The notes beneath the pieces are model-generated. The model was not told the origin of the DNA. It did not search any database and worked only from the letters and a program-made list of their open reading frames with translations. Below, one piece after another: positions 1 through 9,749 of a stretch of DNA of 64,000 bases. The number at the start of each line of letters is the position of its first letter. Position 1 is the stretch's first letter. This DNA is from Myxococcota bacterium. GTDB taxonomy: Bacteria; Myxococcota; XYA12-FULL-58-9; JABJBS01. Position numbers and translations under genes: made by a program. The stretch covers positions 2,833-66,832 of the forward strand of contig JAYZAY010000043.1 of assembly GCA_036339465.1 (NCBI GenBank), read 5' to 3'.

Positions 1-926
1 AAAGCATATCCGCGAAACCCCAAATCTCGTCCACCGACAATCTTCAAGGCAATTCGGTCCGTGGTCCGCCACTCCCCATTCCCGCCTACCCGCTGCCATT
101 TTAAAAACACCCGCCCTTCAAATCCTCTGGGTGCAAAAAGACGTGTAAAAACATAAAGCCTATCACCCGGCCGGGCCTTAAAGCTCTCATCTCCCTGAAC
201 CCAAAATTTCCACGCTGGGGTTTCCGTGAAAAGGTAATAGTTGGCATGGTGCCGCTCCACCTTATGATAGATCCCAATATGTTGAATGGACAACGGAATT
301 GGGGGAATCAATCGAAAAAGATAGAGAAAAATAAACAAACCGTAAATCGACATTGATGGAACAACAAAAAATCTCTTCAATTGCTGCCAGCAGGGAGTCC
401 GCCGCCATAGAAGTCCCAAAATGCCCGATGAAACCACCATGCTCAATAGAATCGACAAAGCGAAAACAGCGTGTCCCACTTTGCCTAACACCGTAGGAAG
501 AGCATAGAGGAGATAACTCACAAGGCAAATATGAAAAAGTAAATTTTGAAGGACAGGGCCTATTTTCTGCACTGGCTCCCATTCGTTCAGCAATAAAATA
601 GCCAAAAGAAAACCCAGAAAAAGGAACGAATGAGAAAGTGACGCCGACTTAAAATAGAGGATAGTGAAAGCGCTCAATAGCGCGCCCAAAAGAAAGTGGT
701 AGATTTTAGTCGAATAGCGACTAAACAAAAGTTTTACCGAAGGCTTATGAACATTCGCCGCTTCCAAGAAAAAGTCATTAACGCCACACACCAACAATCC
801 AGAAAGGAGAATAAGATAGCAACCATGGGAAATGATGGTTAAAAGGTTATCGATACGCCCAAGCGTAATCAGGTCAAAGATAAAACCAAAAGTAAAAGCC
901 CCCACTGACCCGTAAGGACGCATCAT
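1..926 (-). CDS. Partial (3' end runs off the window start) hypothetical polytopic membrane protein with a C-terminal soluble domain
   Basis: Hand reverse-complement translation gives an uninterrupted reading frame from ATG at 926 (MMRPYGSVGAFTFGFIFDL...) to position 1, 308 codons with no stop. The N-terminal half has several hydrophobic helices. The frame is not in the ORF track because it has no stop inside the window. Confidence 0.55.
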   Translation of the reverse strand, partial: MMRPYGSVGAFTFGFIFDLITLGRIDNLLTIISHGCYLILLSGLLVCGVNDFFLEAANVHKPSVKLLFSRYSTKIYHFLLGALLSAFTILYFKSASLSHSFLFLGFLLAILLLNEWEPVQKIGPVLQNLLFHICLVSYLLYALPTVLGKVGHAVFALSILLSMVVSSGILGLLWRRTPCWQQLKRFFVVPSMSIYGLFIFLYLFRLIPPIPLSIQHIGIYHKVERHHANYYLFTETPAWKFWVQGDESFKARPGDRLYVFTRLFAPRGFEGRVFLKWQRVGGNGEWRTTDRIALKIVGGRDLGFRGYA

Positions 927-1509
927 ATGGTACGACGTCCTAACCCACGAGGACATACCGTCAAGCTTTATTTTCTTCCTATTAAACGCCACCGTAAATA
1001 CTTTATGTAACCACAATTTATAAAACAAACTTATGAGTTCTCGTCAGTCTAACTCTACGCAACACCAATAAAACACCAATAGCCCACAAAGCCGCCGTGA
1101 CTCATTCATACGCCCAAAGACTTAATGACACACATGCACAACAGGGGTGGCCCCATTCCTTTGAACAAGATAAACCGTAAGAAAATAGAGACATACCAAC
1201 AACCAAGTGGGCTTATCCATCCGCCTCTCAAAAATTCTTTGACAGACCCAAACCAGAGTCGCCATAAAAAAATAGCTGAAAGCATATGGCACGAAAGCAA
1301 GAAAACCGGCATTCGTATCTGCTCTGTATACTGTACTTAAGACAAGAAAGAGTCATACCAACATCCCGGAAACGAATGTGTCCTGGTTTAGGTCCGAGTA
1401 AACGTCGCGTCTCGTCAATCGTATGTCCGGTTCCAATATGCTCCCTCTCGAGACCTTGCATTTGGTCGGTTCGTTGCTCAGTCATGGTTTTTTTTGGGGG
1501 CAGGTATTG

Positions 1510-3171
1510 TTACCCATCCTTACGATCTAGAATATGGATAGGGGATTGCCCTTCTGAGAACTGAATTTTCTGATACCCCTTGAGCGTATTATCGTCTTCC
1601 GTTTTCCCAGCAGTCTTCTTTCCGGCAACACCCTGATTCTTTGGTTCAATAATCGACGTTTCTGGTTTTTGGAATTCAAATATCATATCCTTAAAACTTT
1701 TTAGTTTTGCAAACGATTTATAGATTTTCTCCCCTCGGCTTGGCTTCGCACCTTCCCTCTTAAGGCTCATTATATCTTTCTTGAAATTGAAAGGTGATAC
1801 ATTACTATAGGCCAAGGTTTCTTGCTTCGCAGAAATTTTCATGGCAGCACCCGTTCTATCCGGCGCAAACCCTCCCCTCAACAAACCGTGAGGTAAGTAC
1901 AACCGCCCAAAATCCGGAGGTACAAATCTCAAACGAAGTGATGCCCTCTCGGTGTCCGGCTCACTCAACCCACTCTCCCGACTTCGCCCAAGCAGGTAAG
2001 ACTCAGGAAGAAAAGGGCCTCTAACATCAATAGCCCCCCCCGACTCCGCCCCAAGGACTATCGTGGGACCACGAAACTGGTCCCCTCCTAGCTTACTAAC
2101 CAAATAATCTTTTCGTTCCGCACGAATACTCCCTGCTTCAAGAAGAATCCCATGGTTCAAATCTTGCGCCTCAATCACCAACTTATTGCCATCCATAAAA
2201 GACCGCACGCCCTCGAGTGCTCCGCCCGAGTTCGTGTGACTATTAATGGCGGACGTAATGGCGCTCACCACATTCCTAAGAGACTCTCCTGCACTAAATG
2301 AACGTAGCTGTAATTCAACGCCATTCAATCTGAATCGACTACCACTAAAAGATTGTGCTGTTTCACTAGCGGCCGGAGTACTGCGATCATAAATCAAGGA
2401 AAGTTCGCGTTCAAAACGAGCCACAGCCGCCTTCGCACTAACCCCCGACCTGTCTTGAATATCATTAATTGCGTTAACTCGGCCTTCAATACTCTCAGTC
2501 TTCCAGGGGTCTACGGCAACATCGTTAATATATACACTTTCATAAGCCCATCCGGAAGCTACCTTAACCTCTCCATTTAAAGAGTGTATTCCCTTTGTCC
2601 TTTGTGCCTGGATATTTCCAGTGTGTCCTTGTAGTAAAGTAAGAAGAGCATTGTTTTGAGCCGTATTCGCACCCGTGGTAGCAACCGTAAGACTAAGTTC
2701 TCGATCATCATCTCTCGCCACAGTGAATGTGGTATTTGTGCTATCCCAACTCGCGCTCACATTCGTAAGCGAACCGATATTTGAAGCCAACTGGCTTAAA
2801 ATATCCGCTTTACTGGTGTAGCTCTTCGAGGTATCGAGAGTCGCGGTAACATCATTGACCTTAATCCGTAAACCAGCACTGATATCAACATTCGAATACC
2901 CATGAGCATCACTAGAGCTACCAATATAATTCATCCAGCTTGCATTCGCTCGTTTGATTAAACCACCCTCATCAACAGTCAACCATCCTGTCACGCCATC
3001 ACTGCTTGTTCCTGAATTAGGAATCCCGGGGACAAAAACATCGCTTTTCGGCGTCTCAAAACTGAGACGCTCGGTAGTGGAAGCTGGGGCTTTCAGAAAT
3101 ACCGAAGGTACATTCCCCCCATTACGCAGCGACGCGCGGCCATAGTCCATAGGGGTAACCGGTTTAAGCAT
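1510..3171 (-). CDS. FliD-like flagellar filament cap protein (hook-associated protein 2 family), divergent
   Basis: The 553-aa ORF has two copies of the FliD-type motif I-N-x-V plus AIN plus GVSA plus YRL/ERELSL, for example YINDVAV...RVNAINDIQDRSGVSAKAAVARFERELSLIYD and FRLNGVELQ...VVSAITSAINS. It has no signal peptide, as expected for a type-III secreted protein. The termini are not canonical FliD. Confidence 0.45.
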   Translation of the reverse strand: MLKPVTPMDYGRASLRNGGNVPSVFLKAPASTTERLSFETPKSDVFVPGIPNSGTSSDGVTGWLTVDEGGLIKRANASWMNYIGSSSDAHGYSNVDISAGLRIKVNDVTATLDTSKSYTSKADILSQLASNIGSLTNVSASWDSTNTTFTVARDDDRELSLTVATTGANTAQNNALLTLLQGHTGNIQAQRTKGIHSLNGEVKVASGWAYESVYINDVAVDPWKTESIEGRVNAINDIQDRSGVSAKAAVARFERELSLIYDRSTPAASETAQSFSGSRFRLNGVELQLRSFSAGESLRNVVSAITSAINSHTNSGGALEGVRSFMDGNKLVIEAQDLNHGILLEAGSIRAERKDYLVSKLGGDQFRGPTIVLGAESGGAIDVRGPFLPESYLLGRSRESGLSEPDTERASLRLRFVPPDFGRLYLPHGLLRGGFAPDRTGAAMKISAKQETLAYSNVSPFNFKKDIMSLKREGAKPSRGEKIYKSFAKLKSFKDMIFEFQKPETSIIEPKNQGVAGKKTAGKTEDDNTLKGYQKIQFSEGQSPIHILDRKDG

Positions 3172-3617
3172 TTATTCCGCCTGGCGAGCTGATATTCTTG
3201 GGTATTGGGTCCCCCGGAAAGGGAAACTCACTATTCCCTATAATTGTAGGGTCTTGAAGTCGCCTTTGGCTAGTTAAAAAACATGATTCAGAACATGATA
3301 TAAAATACCGGTCTTGGGGACCAATGTAGGTTCCGATTCTACCTGATCGGTCCAGCCGGTGGCCCCAAGAGCCCCTTGAGACGCAGCAAAACAACAGCCT
3401 GCAGCCCGCGCTCAGCACACCCCAATTAAAACACCCCCTAAACCCGGGCACTCAAACCCTACACTCGACTTCATCCTCAGCTAATTTTTTTCGCAGAAGA
3501 TCTACCGCGAGGGGATGAAATGCCCTGCCGAGTTCGGCTATACTGTGAAAAGAACGTAGGCCGTTTTGGGAAAGAGAACGTTCCCTTAGCCCCCACCGGC
3601 CCCTTAAGCCAAGTGTA

Positions 3618-4013
3618 TTGGAGATGGTCGTGATTAAGATTCAAATCATCCATTCTGATGAGGGCACCAGTAATGCCGTTCAGGAAGCATTGGGGCAACA
3701 CTTTACCTTAATGCAGGCACCCGTCAATGAGTCCGACCCCTTCCCCCAAGATTTCTCACCTTCGGATCTTCTAATCCTAGATTTCGATCTACCCGACGTC
3801 GCTGAAACTCTGAGGCTTATCCGAAACCAAGGCGTCGACACCGAAACGATTCTACTTCTGCCGCCCAAATACCCATTCAAAACCGTAAGTGCACTTTTCC
3901 GTTTTGGCATTCAAGAATGCGTGGTGAAACCCTTCGAACAAGAAGACTTACTTCGTTCAGTCAGAAAAGTGAAGGGACTCCCTGAGCCAGAAGTACAACA
4001 AAAAGAGGAATAA
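3618..4013 (+). CDS. CheY-like receiver (REC) domain protein, possibly an atypical pseudo-receiver. It ends at a TAA lying in frame with the downstream HDOD gene
   Basis: REC-like pattern LLILDFDLPD...ILLLPP...KPF..DLLRSV. A GTG at 3627 is an alternative start with better SD spacing. The C-terminal KEE repeats come from the 12-bp tandem repeat. Confidence 0.6.
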   Translation: MEMVVIKIQIIHSDEGTSNAVQEALGQHFTLMQAPVNESDPFPQDFSPSDLLILDFDLPDVAETLRLIRNQGVDTETILLLPPKYPFKTVSALFRFGIQECVVKPFEQEDLLRSVRKVKGLPEPEVQQKEE

Positions 4014-4037
4014 AAAGAGGAAGAAAAAGAGGAAGAA
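4002..4037 (+). repeat. 12-bp tandem repeat (aaagaggaaGaa, three copies) encoding a KEEE linker. Copy 1 reads aaagaggaaTaa and creates the stop of the REC ORF
   Basis: Direct reading: aaa gag gaa taa / aaa gag gaa gaa / aaa gag gaa gaa. Confidence 0.9.
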
Positions 4038-4115
4038 GGAAAAAACGCCGCCGACAAAGACGCACCGTCGGTCAAAGAGATTACCTCATATACCCTAGAC
4101 CAATCCGACCTACCA

Positions 4116-4931
4116 ATGATGCCCGCCATCGCGATGCGCATCGTCAGACTTTGCCGAGACTCCGATATCAACGCCAACCAGCTCGAAAAAATAATTATGA
4201 GCGACCAAGCATTTGCCGGACAATTACTCCAAACTGCAAATTCAGCCCTCTATCGGCGCGCCGTGTCAATTAGCTCAATCCAATCGGCGATCGTACGCGT
4301 CGGCCTGAGACATGTGAAAAATCTAGCAATCGGACTTTCCGCCAACGCATTACACAAACTTCCCACTCCAAGAGCACAGAAGCTTTGGCAAGACTCCCGT
4401 ACCATTGCCAGCGCCGCACAGATAGTCGGGTGGTGGTATGGTATGCCCGAGGATGCCTATGTGGTCGGCCTCCTGCATAATGTGGGAATGACCATTCTCA
4501 ATAATTTGGATACCGAAAGGTTCGAGCATTGTATCAACCTTGCCAGCGAACAAAGAGCACTTGAAGAAACCCAACAGGAATTTTTTGGTGTCAATCATAT
4601 AGAAATAGGTGCCGCCCTCCTCAAAAAATGGAGCCTCGACCAACCCTTCGTCGATGCCATCGCTGCACAAGCCGCACCATGGAATTTTCCAGGCACCACC
4701 GATAAAGGAAACACCCTCGCCACCTGCATCCACGCTTCGAAAGTATTCATGGAGCTGCCTATATTTAAAAGCATGGGGGCCGAAGAGCTAAGCCAAAGTG
4801 AGCGTCTCGAACTCGAAGAAGAACTATTGGATACCCCCGTGATACAACATCTCAAAATGAGCGCAAATCAACTTTCAGAAACCATCACAAAGCTAGAAAA
4901 AGTATTTATTCAAGATAGCTCAGATAGTTAG
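4116..4931 (+). CDS. HDOD domain protein (HD-related output domain), likely the C-terminal half of an ancestral REC-HDOD regulator
   Basis: Typical HDOD start ...DLPMMPAIAMRIV.L..D.D.N..QLEKIIMSDQAFAGQLLQTANSALY. It shares the reading frame with the upstream REC ORF, and no stop lies between 4014 and 4116. Confidence 0.8.
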   Translation: MMPAIAMRIVRLCRDSDINANQLEKIIMSDQAFAGQLLQTANSALYRRAVSISSIQSAIVRVGLRHVKNLAIGLSANALHKLPTPRAQKLWQDSRTIASAAQIVGWWYGMPEDAYVVGLLHNVGMTILNNLDTERFEHCINLASEQRALEETQQEFFGVNHIEIGAALLKKWSLDQPFVDAIAAQAAPWNFPGTTDKGNTLATCIHASKVFMELPIFKSMGAEELSQSERLELEEELLDTPVIQHLKMSANQLSETITKLEKVFIQDSSDS

Positions 4932-5785
4932 TCCCTTAATGCTCTACCTTTGACACAAACCAACTTTCATACAGAGCATAGCTTCCGAAGACGCTACAAT
5001 TATTACAACAAACCGTCACTGGTACCATTGAGCCATCAAATTGGGGAAAACGTCTATCATGGGGACATAGGCCCACTGTTCACGATGCTATGATGATACC
5101 ATCCCAATCGATTGAAATGCTCTCCATTCTCATGATGGCCCGTATGCCCGCCTATGGTCGCCAAGAAACAACAGAGAACGACAAAGAACGACAGAGAACA
5201 ACAACGCCACGCACAATGAGTCACCAGACACCACCAAGAGCTGTATTCCAACGGCGACCGAGGCTGTTGATGGGTCACCGGGCACCACCGAAAACAGCTC
5301 GCCCCGACTCAAATACCTCTACCAATCCAAACACCCATACCAGTACCGATGGTCCCATCCAAACACCTACGCTACCCAGTAGAACACGTTACAAAACATA
5401 TGAAATTGACACTGATGACGCTGAGTCCCCAGACACTCTTAACCAAACCCTAGACACTCAAAACAGCAATCAGCCAGAAGGGCCAAAACTTCCACCAACA
5501 GACTTCCCACCTACGACACCACGTAAAGATATCGCATAATGCGACTACCATAAAAAACACGCCGCGCTCTTACGATTGCGCATTCACTCACCCTAAGAGC
5601 CAAAACACCTATACCCAAAACGGCAACGGCATCATTGATTAAAGGGGGAACGCGGCTATCTTCTTCTGCTTAACTTTCCAAGCACTGCCCGTCGGCCACC
5701 ACAAGCATTTGTTATTACGTGGATATATTAACCTTGAAACATGTTAGACTCTTGGGCAAGATGGAAATTCAAAGGGGGAGAAATC

Positions 5786-7156
5786 ATGAGCGCCAGCATC
5801 GAAGTGAACACCACTGTACCCAAACTCAAGCAGGTGCCCGGACCCACAAAGAAATTCCTAGTCGGAAACACCCTCGATTTTCAAAAAGCGCCTTTGGGGT
5901 TTTGCCTCGACATTGCTGAAAGATATGGAGAGATAGTCCAATTCAGAGTCGGACTCGACAATTGGTACCTCATTAACAACGCAGACTTCGTGCACGAATT
6001 TACGGTCCGACGCGCGAACCTCTTCCACAAACCACGCCTTGCAAAACGACTCTGGAAACCGTTTTTGGGCGATGGGATACTCTCACTGGATGGCCAAGAA
6101 TGGCGCCATGAACAAAAGTTCGTGAAGCCCGGCTTCCACAAAAAGAGAATCGATGCCTATGGCGAAGTAATGGTCACACATACCTTGGAGATGATTGAAA
6201 AGTGGACAGACGGCCTAATCGACAACATCTGTGTGGACATGACAGCATTGACCCTAAGAATCGTAGGCAAGACACTCTTTGATGCGGATGTTCAGAACGA
6301 CGCATCCACCATCGGTGATGCAATGCACACACTACAAGAATGTATGGTCGAACACATAAACAATCCAATTCCAGTACCCAAGTGGTGGCCCAGTCAAACC
6401 AATCGCCGAAAAATCCAAGCCATCGAAGACATTGAAGACATCGTTCGAAGAATTATCAACGAGCGCAGAAAGGAAGGAAGAGACCACGGGGATCTCCTCT
6501 CAATGATGGTTTTTACAGAAGACGAAACTGGCGCTCAAATGAGCGATAAGCAGCTTCGCGACGAAACCATGACCCTTGTTTTCGCAGGACATGAAACAAC
6601 CGCCACAGCGTTGGCTTGGATGACTTATATCATGGCCAAGGAACCCGAAGTCGTCAGAAAGATACGTCATGAACTCGACGAAGTGGTAGGAAAGCGTGCC
6701 ATCACGCTCTCAGATCTTCCAGCTCTACCTTATCTCGAAATGGTCATTAAGGAATCCATGCGGTTTCTTCCATCCGTTTGGGCCTTCATGCGAGAGCCAA
6801 TCGAAGATGTCCAATTAGGTGAGTATCTAATCCCCAAGGGTGATCAAATATTGATCAGTCCATACGTTATTCAGCACAATCCTCGATATTTCCCAGAACC
6901 CGAGAAATTCATACCTGAGCGTTTTTCGAAAGAGAACGAAAGAAAACTTCCAAAGGGTGCTTACGTCCCATTCGCTGCGGGCGCACGGGTTTGCCTAGGC
7001 AAGGCCTTCGCTCTGATGGAAGCGCGAATGATTTTGGGCACGATGGTCCAGAGAGTCGATTTTAAGATTGACGAAGATTTCGAAATTGATTTCCTCGCTC
7101 AGTTATCCCTTCAGCCCCGAGGTGGATTGCCAATTACCGTCAAAAAACGCACCTAG
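5786..7156 (+). CDS. Cytochrome P450 monooxygenase
   Basis: Heme-binding loop FAAGARVCLG, I-helix AGHETTA, EXXR region. SD aagggggag lies 6 nt before ATG 5786. The ORF track opens at 5741 but the RBS favours 5786. Confidence 0.9.
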   Translation: MSASIEVNTTVPKLKQVPGPTKKFLVGNTLDFQKAPLGFCLDIAERYGEIVQFRVGLDNWYLINNADFVHEFTVRRANLFHKPRLAKRLWKPFLGDGILSLDGQEWRHEQKFVKPGFHKKRIDAYGEVMVTHTLEMIEKWTDGLIDNICVDMTALTLRIVGKTLFDADVQNDASTIGDAMHTLQECMVEHINNPIPVPKWWPSQTNRRKIQAIEDIEDIVRRIINERRKEGRDHGDLLSMMVFTEDETGAQMSDKQLRDETMTLVFAGHETTATALAWMTYIMAKEPEVVRKIRHELDEVVGKRAITLSDLPALPYLEMVIKESMRFLPSVWAFMREPIEDVQLGEYLIPKGDQILISPYVIQHNPRYFPEPEKFIPERFSKENERKLPKGAYVPFAAGARVCLGKAFALMEARMILGTMVQRVDFKIDEDFEIDFLAQLSLQPRGGLPITVKKRT

Positions 7157-7633
7157 ATCCCCCCATTTTTCAATTGCTCCATAGGCCCTACCATTTAGCG
7201 TTCGACAATCGGGTCCTCTCTATACTTGTGGTACTCCACACCGGTGCCTCCGCCAACCTTTGTCTTAGTTCCATTGCCCATTGTAAAACCAATCTCTCCA
7301 TCAAATCGGAGCCAAAAATCCTCGTTGAGAATTAGACTCTTCCCAGAAAAGGATACCCGAAACGCATGTAAACCCTTCTTTAGATATCTGAGACCAACCT
7401 CTATTGGCCCCTCACCTCACAAAGAACCTTGATACTCAAACAACACACTTTTGCGACAATTTGAGATAGCCCCAAAGCCCATGGGTACTCGAACGGTTGG
7501 CCTTGACAAGTCAGAGCCTTCAATGTGATCCAGGTGTGACCAAGAAACCCGCCGGTTGATGGCTGACAAAGGTTGGCTGCGCGTAGGGAAGCATAGAAGC
7601 TCAAAATAACCTCAAGGTAAGATACCCTTCAGT

Positions 7634-8791
7634 ATGTTAAGAGTCATATCCCAAACACAAACGCTCGGATTAGAAAATCCACCATCGTCCATAGCCGCTT
7701 GGGGGCGATGGGGTGCCCTGATCTTAGCCATTTCGGGGGCAATTCACCTGCTCTGGTTCAGTGGCGCGGAAATCGGTCATTTTTTTCCTCGCTTCGAGCC
7801 CCACGGCAGCAGTTGGTCCCAACGTGTGCACATGTGGACCCGCTGGGACGGTGGCCACTATCTGCGTATTGCTCGGGAAGGTTACAACAATGGGGAACCC
7901 AACAACCAATCCGTGGCGTTCTTTCCACTCTATCCCATGCTCATGGCAGGGGTCAGTGACCTCTTAGACGTAGAAGACTACCAGTCTGGACTTCTGATCT
8001 CCCACTTTTTTCATCTTGTCACCCTTTGGCTCGTATTTTGGTTGGCACGTATCCGCTTTCATTGGGAACTTAAACCCATACTCCTCAGCCTCGGAGCCTT
8101 CGCCCTCTATCCAGCCCACAATTTTGGTTTTTCGATCTACACCGAATCACTTTTCTTGAGTCTTAGCCTGGGGGCATTTATCGCCTACGAATATAAATAT
8201 TTCCTCTTGGCCGGAATCCTGGCAGCTCTAGCCTCTGGTACCCGTTCCCAAGGGGTGCTCGTCGGCGCGGCCCTTTGGTTGGATTTCGCCTGGCAGCACC
8301 GCTCAACCCTACCAACCGACTTAAAAAGCATCACCAAACTTCTTCGCCTATCTATTTTTCCCTTAGGACTCTTTCTCTATTCGACATACCTACACTTCGA
8401 ATTTGGGGATTTCCTTATTTTCTCGAAAACTCAAGCCCTATGGGGACGTCATCTGACAACACCCATCCATACAATTTTACAAGACGGCGCCAACGTGGAT
8501 GTCTATTTAATTTTGGTCGGGTCGGTCTACCTAACCTACACAATGTGGCAAACGCCCCATCACCACCCCCTTAGAGACCGGCTCTACACCACACTATCGT
8601 TGGCATTACCGCTCTGTTCTGGGTCCATGCAGTCATTTTCACGACTGGTTTGGGTCTTGTTCCCACTCTATATTGTTGGCGTTATGAAATTCCAGACCCA
8701 CAGTAAAATCAAAAAGTCCTACGTTGTATTGGGCCTCTTTTTTTCCCTCATCTACGCATTTAAGGTCGGCCAGAAAGCCGGCGTGACATAG
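7634..8791 (+). CDS. GT-C-fold integral membrane glycosyltransferase-like protein (mannosyltransferase/DUF2029-like)
   Basis: 385 aa with about 9-10 hydrophobic helices and an RWDGGHYLRIAREGY motif after TM1, characteristic of PMT/PIG-V/GT87-type membrane glycosyltransferases. Confidence 0.55.
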   Translation: MLRVISQTQTLGLENPPSSIAAWGRWGALILAISGAIHLLWFSGAEIGHFFPRFEPHGSSWSQRVHMWTRWDGGHYLRIAREGYNNGEPNNQSVAFFPLYPMLMAGVSDLLDVEDYQSGLLISHFFHLVTLWLVFWLARIRFHWELKPILLSLGAFALYPAHNFGFSIYTESLFLSLSLGAFIAYEYKYFLLAGILAALASGTRSQGVLVGAALWLDFAWQHRSTLPTDLKSITKLLRLSIFPLGLFLYSTYLHFEFGDFLIFSKTQALWGRHLTTPIHTILQDGANVDVYLILVGSVYLTYTMWQTPHHHPLRDRLYTTLSLALPLCSGSMQSFSRLVWVLFPLYIVGVMKFQTHSKIKKSYVVLGLFFSLIYAFKVGQKAGVT

Positions 8792-8878
8792 CTTCCGACC
8801 TCCAGCTTTGCTCACCAACCACCACATCACCAACGACGGAGATGATTGACTTCAAGGTCGTTTGGCACAATAGAGTAA

Positions 8879-9574
8879 ACCTCCGTCTCTTGGTCCACAG
8901 CCTCAGATACCTTTAAAAACCTTCCGGATAATTCCTTTTATCCCAACTATATCTTTCGACTTCAAAGCAGATTTTATAAAGCCCCCCCTCCCCGCGTGCC
9001 CGAGAAATTGGTCCAAGGACTGCGAAACCATGTTCAAACCCTCTCGTCCAGAGACTTCGAAGGTCGTCTCACCGGAAGCAATGGCGAAAAGAAAGCCACA
9101 GAATACGTGGCGAATTTCTTCAAGGTAAATGGCCTCCTACCAAACGGAGACAACGCGTCTTATTTTGAAACATTCTCTTTTAGTGCAAGCGTATCCTTGG
9201 GTGGTAAAAACAAATTCTCATTCAGCAAAGGTGGCGTCACTATTTCTTCTGCGGTCAAAGCAGACTTTCTACCCTTGGCCTTTTCCAAAACGGGAACACG
9301 CTCGGCGAAGGTCTATATGGGAACCATTCCCGATTACGCCAGCCATGGCAGCCAAGACGTGAAGTTCTCCCGGCGCCACACCCGAAAGCCCCGCGGAAAG
9401 AGCCGGGATCTTGGCAGGCGACATCATGAGCCGACTGGCCGAAAAGAAGATGAACAATATTTATGATTTCTTTTATATGCTCGGAATACTGAAACCAGGT
9501 TCCAAAATCCCCCTGATGGTGCTTCGAAATGGAAAAGAAATCGAGTTGCAAATAACCCCCACCCTCCGCGACTG
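8879..9574 (+). pseudogene. Decayed gene remnant: M28 aminopeptidase-like N-terminus fused by deletion and frameshift to a C-terminal PDZ domain
   Basis: The 8996 frame reads ...LRNHVQTLSSRDFEGRLTGSNGEKKATEYVANFFKVNGLLPNGDNASYFETFSF, an M28 N-terminal signature. This frame is open back to a TAA at 8876 with no ATG, and only a GTG at 8996. From 9363 a different frame encodes a PDZ C-terminus AGILAGDIMSRLAEKKMNNIYDFFYMLGILKPGSKIPLMVLRNGKEIELQITPTL. The roughly 350-aa catalytic core is missing. Confidence 0.4.
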
Positions 9575-9749
9575 AATCTACATTTATTAAACACATTGCC
9601 AACGTCAAAGGCTGATTGCTTTCTTTTTCTTGAGGTGGGCACAAGCCAACGTTTTCTCTTAGTTGTTGTTTTCATCTAATTGGTCAAATAGATTAAAGAT
9701 TCGCATATGACATGCACCGACATGGACACACTGCAACCAGAGAAAAAAC

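Noticed and set aside
262-582. ORF-track 106-aa minus-strand ORF
   Set aside because: It lies entirely inside, and out of frame with, the long uninterrupted minus-strand membrane-protein frame (1-926). It is a shadow ORF.
1106-1564. Four small overlapping ORFs in the 927-1509 spacer
   Set aside because: They overlap one another, have no RBS (1228-1485 is preceded by a poly-A run) and no motifs. The region is more likely a promoter or UTR, though a small gene cannot be excluded.
5090-5539. 149-aa Pro/Thr/Arg-rich ORF in the A/C-rich spacer
   Set aside because: Low-complexity translation driven by compositional skew, with no RBS and no motif. It is kept only as part of the spacer finding.
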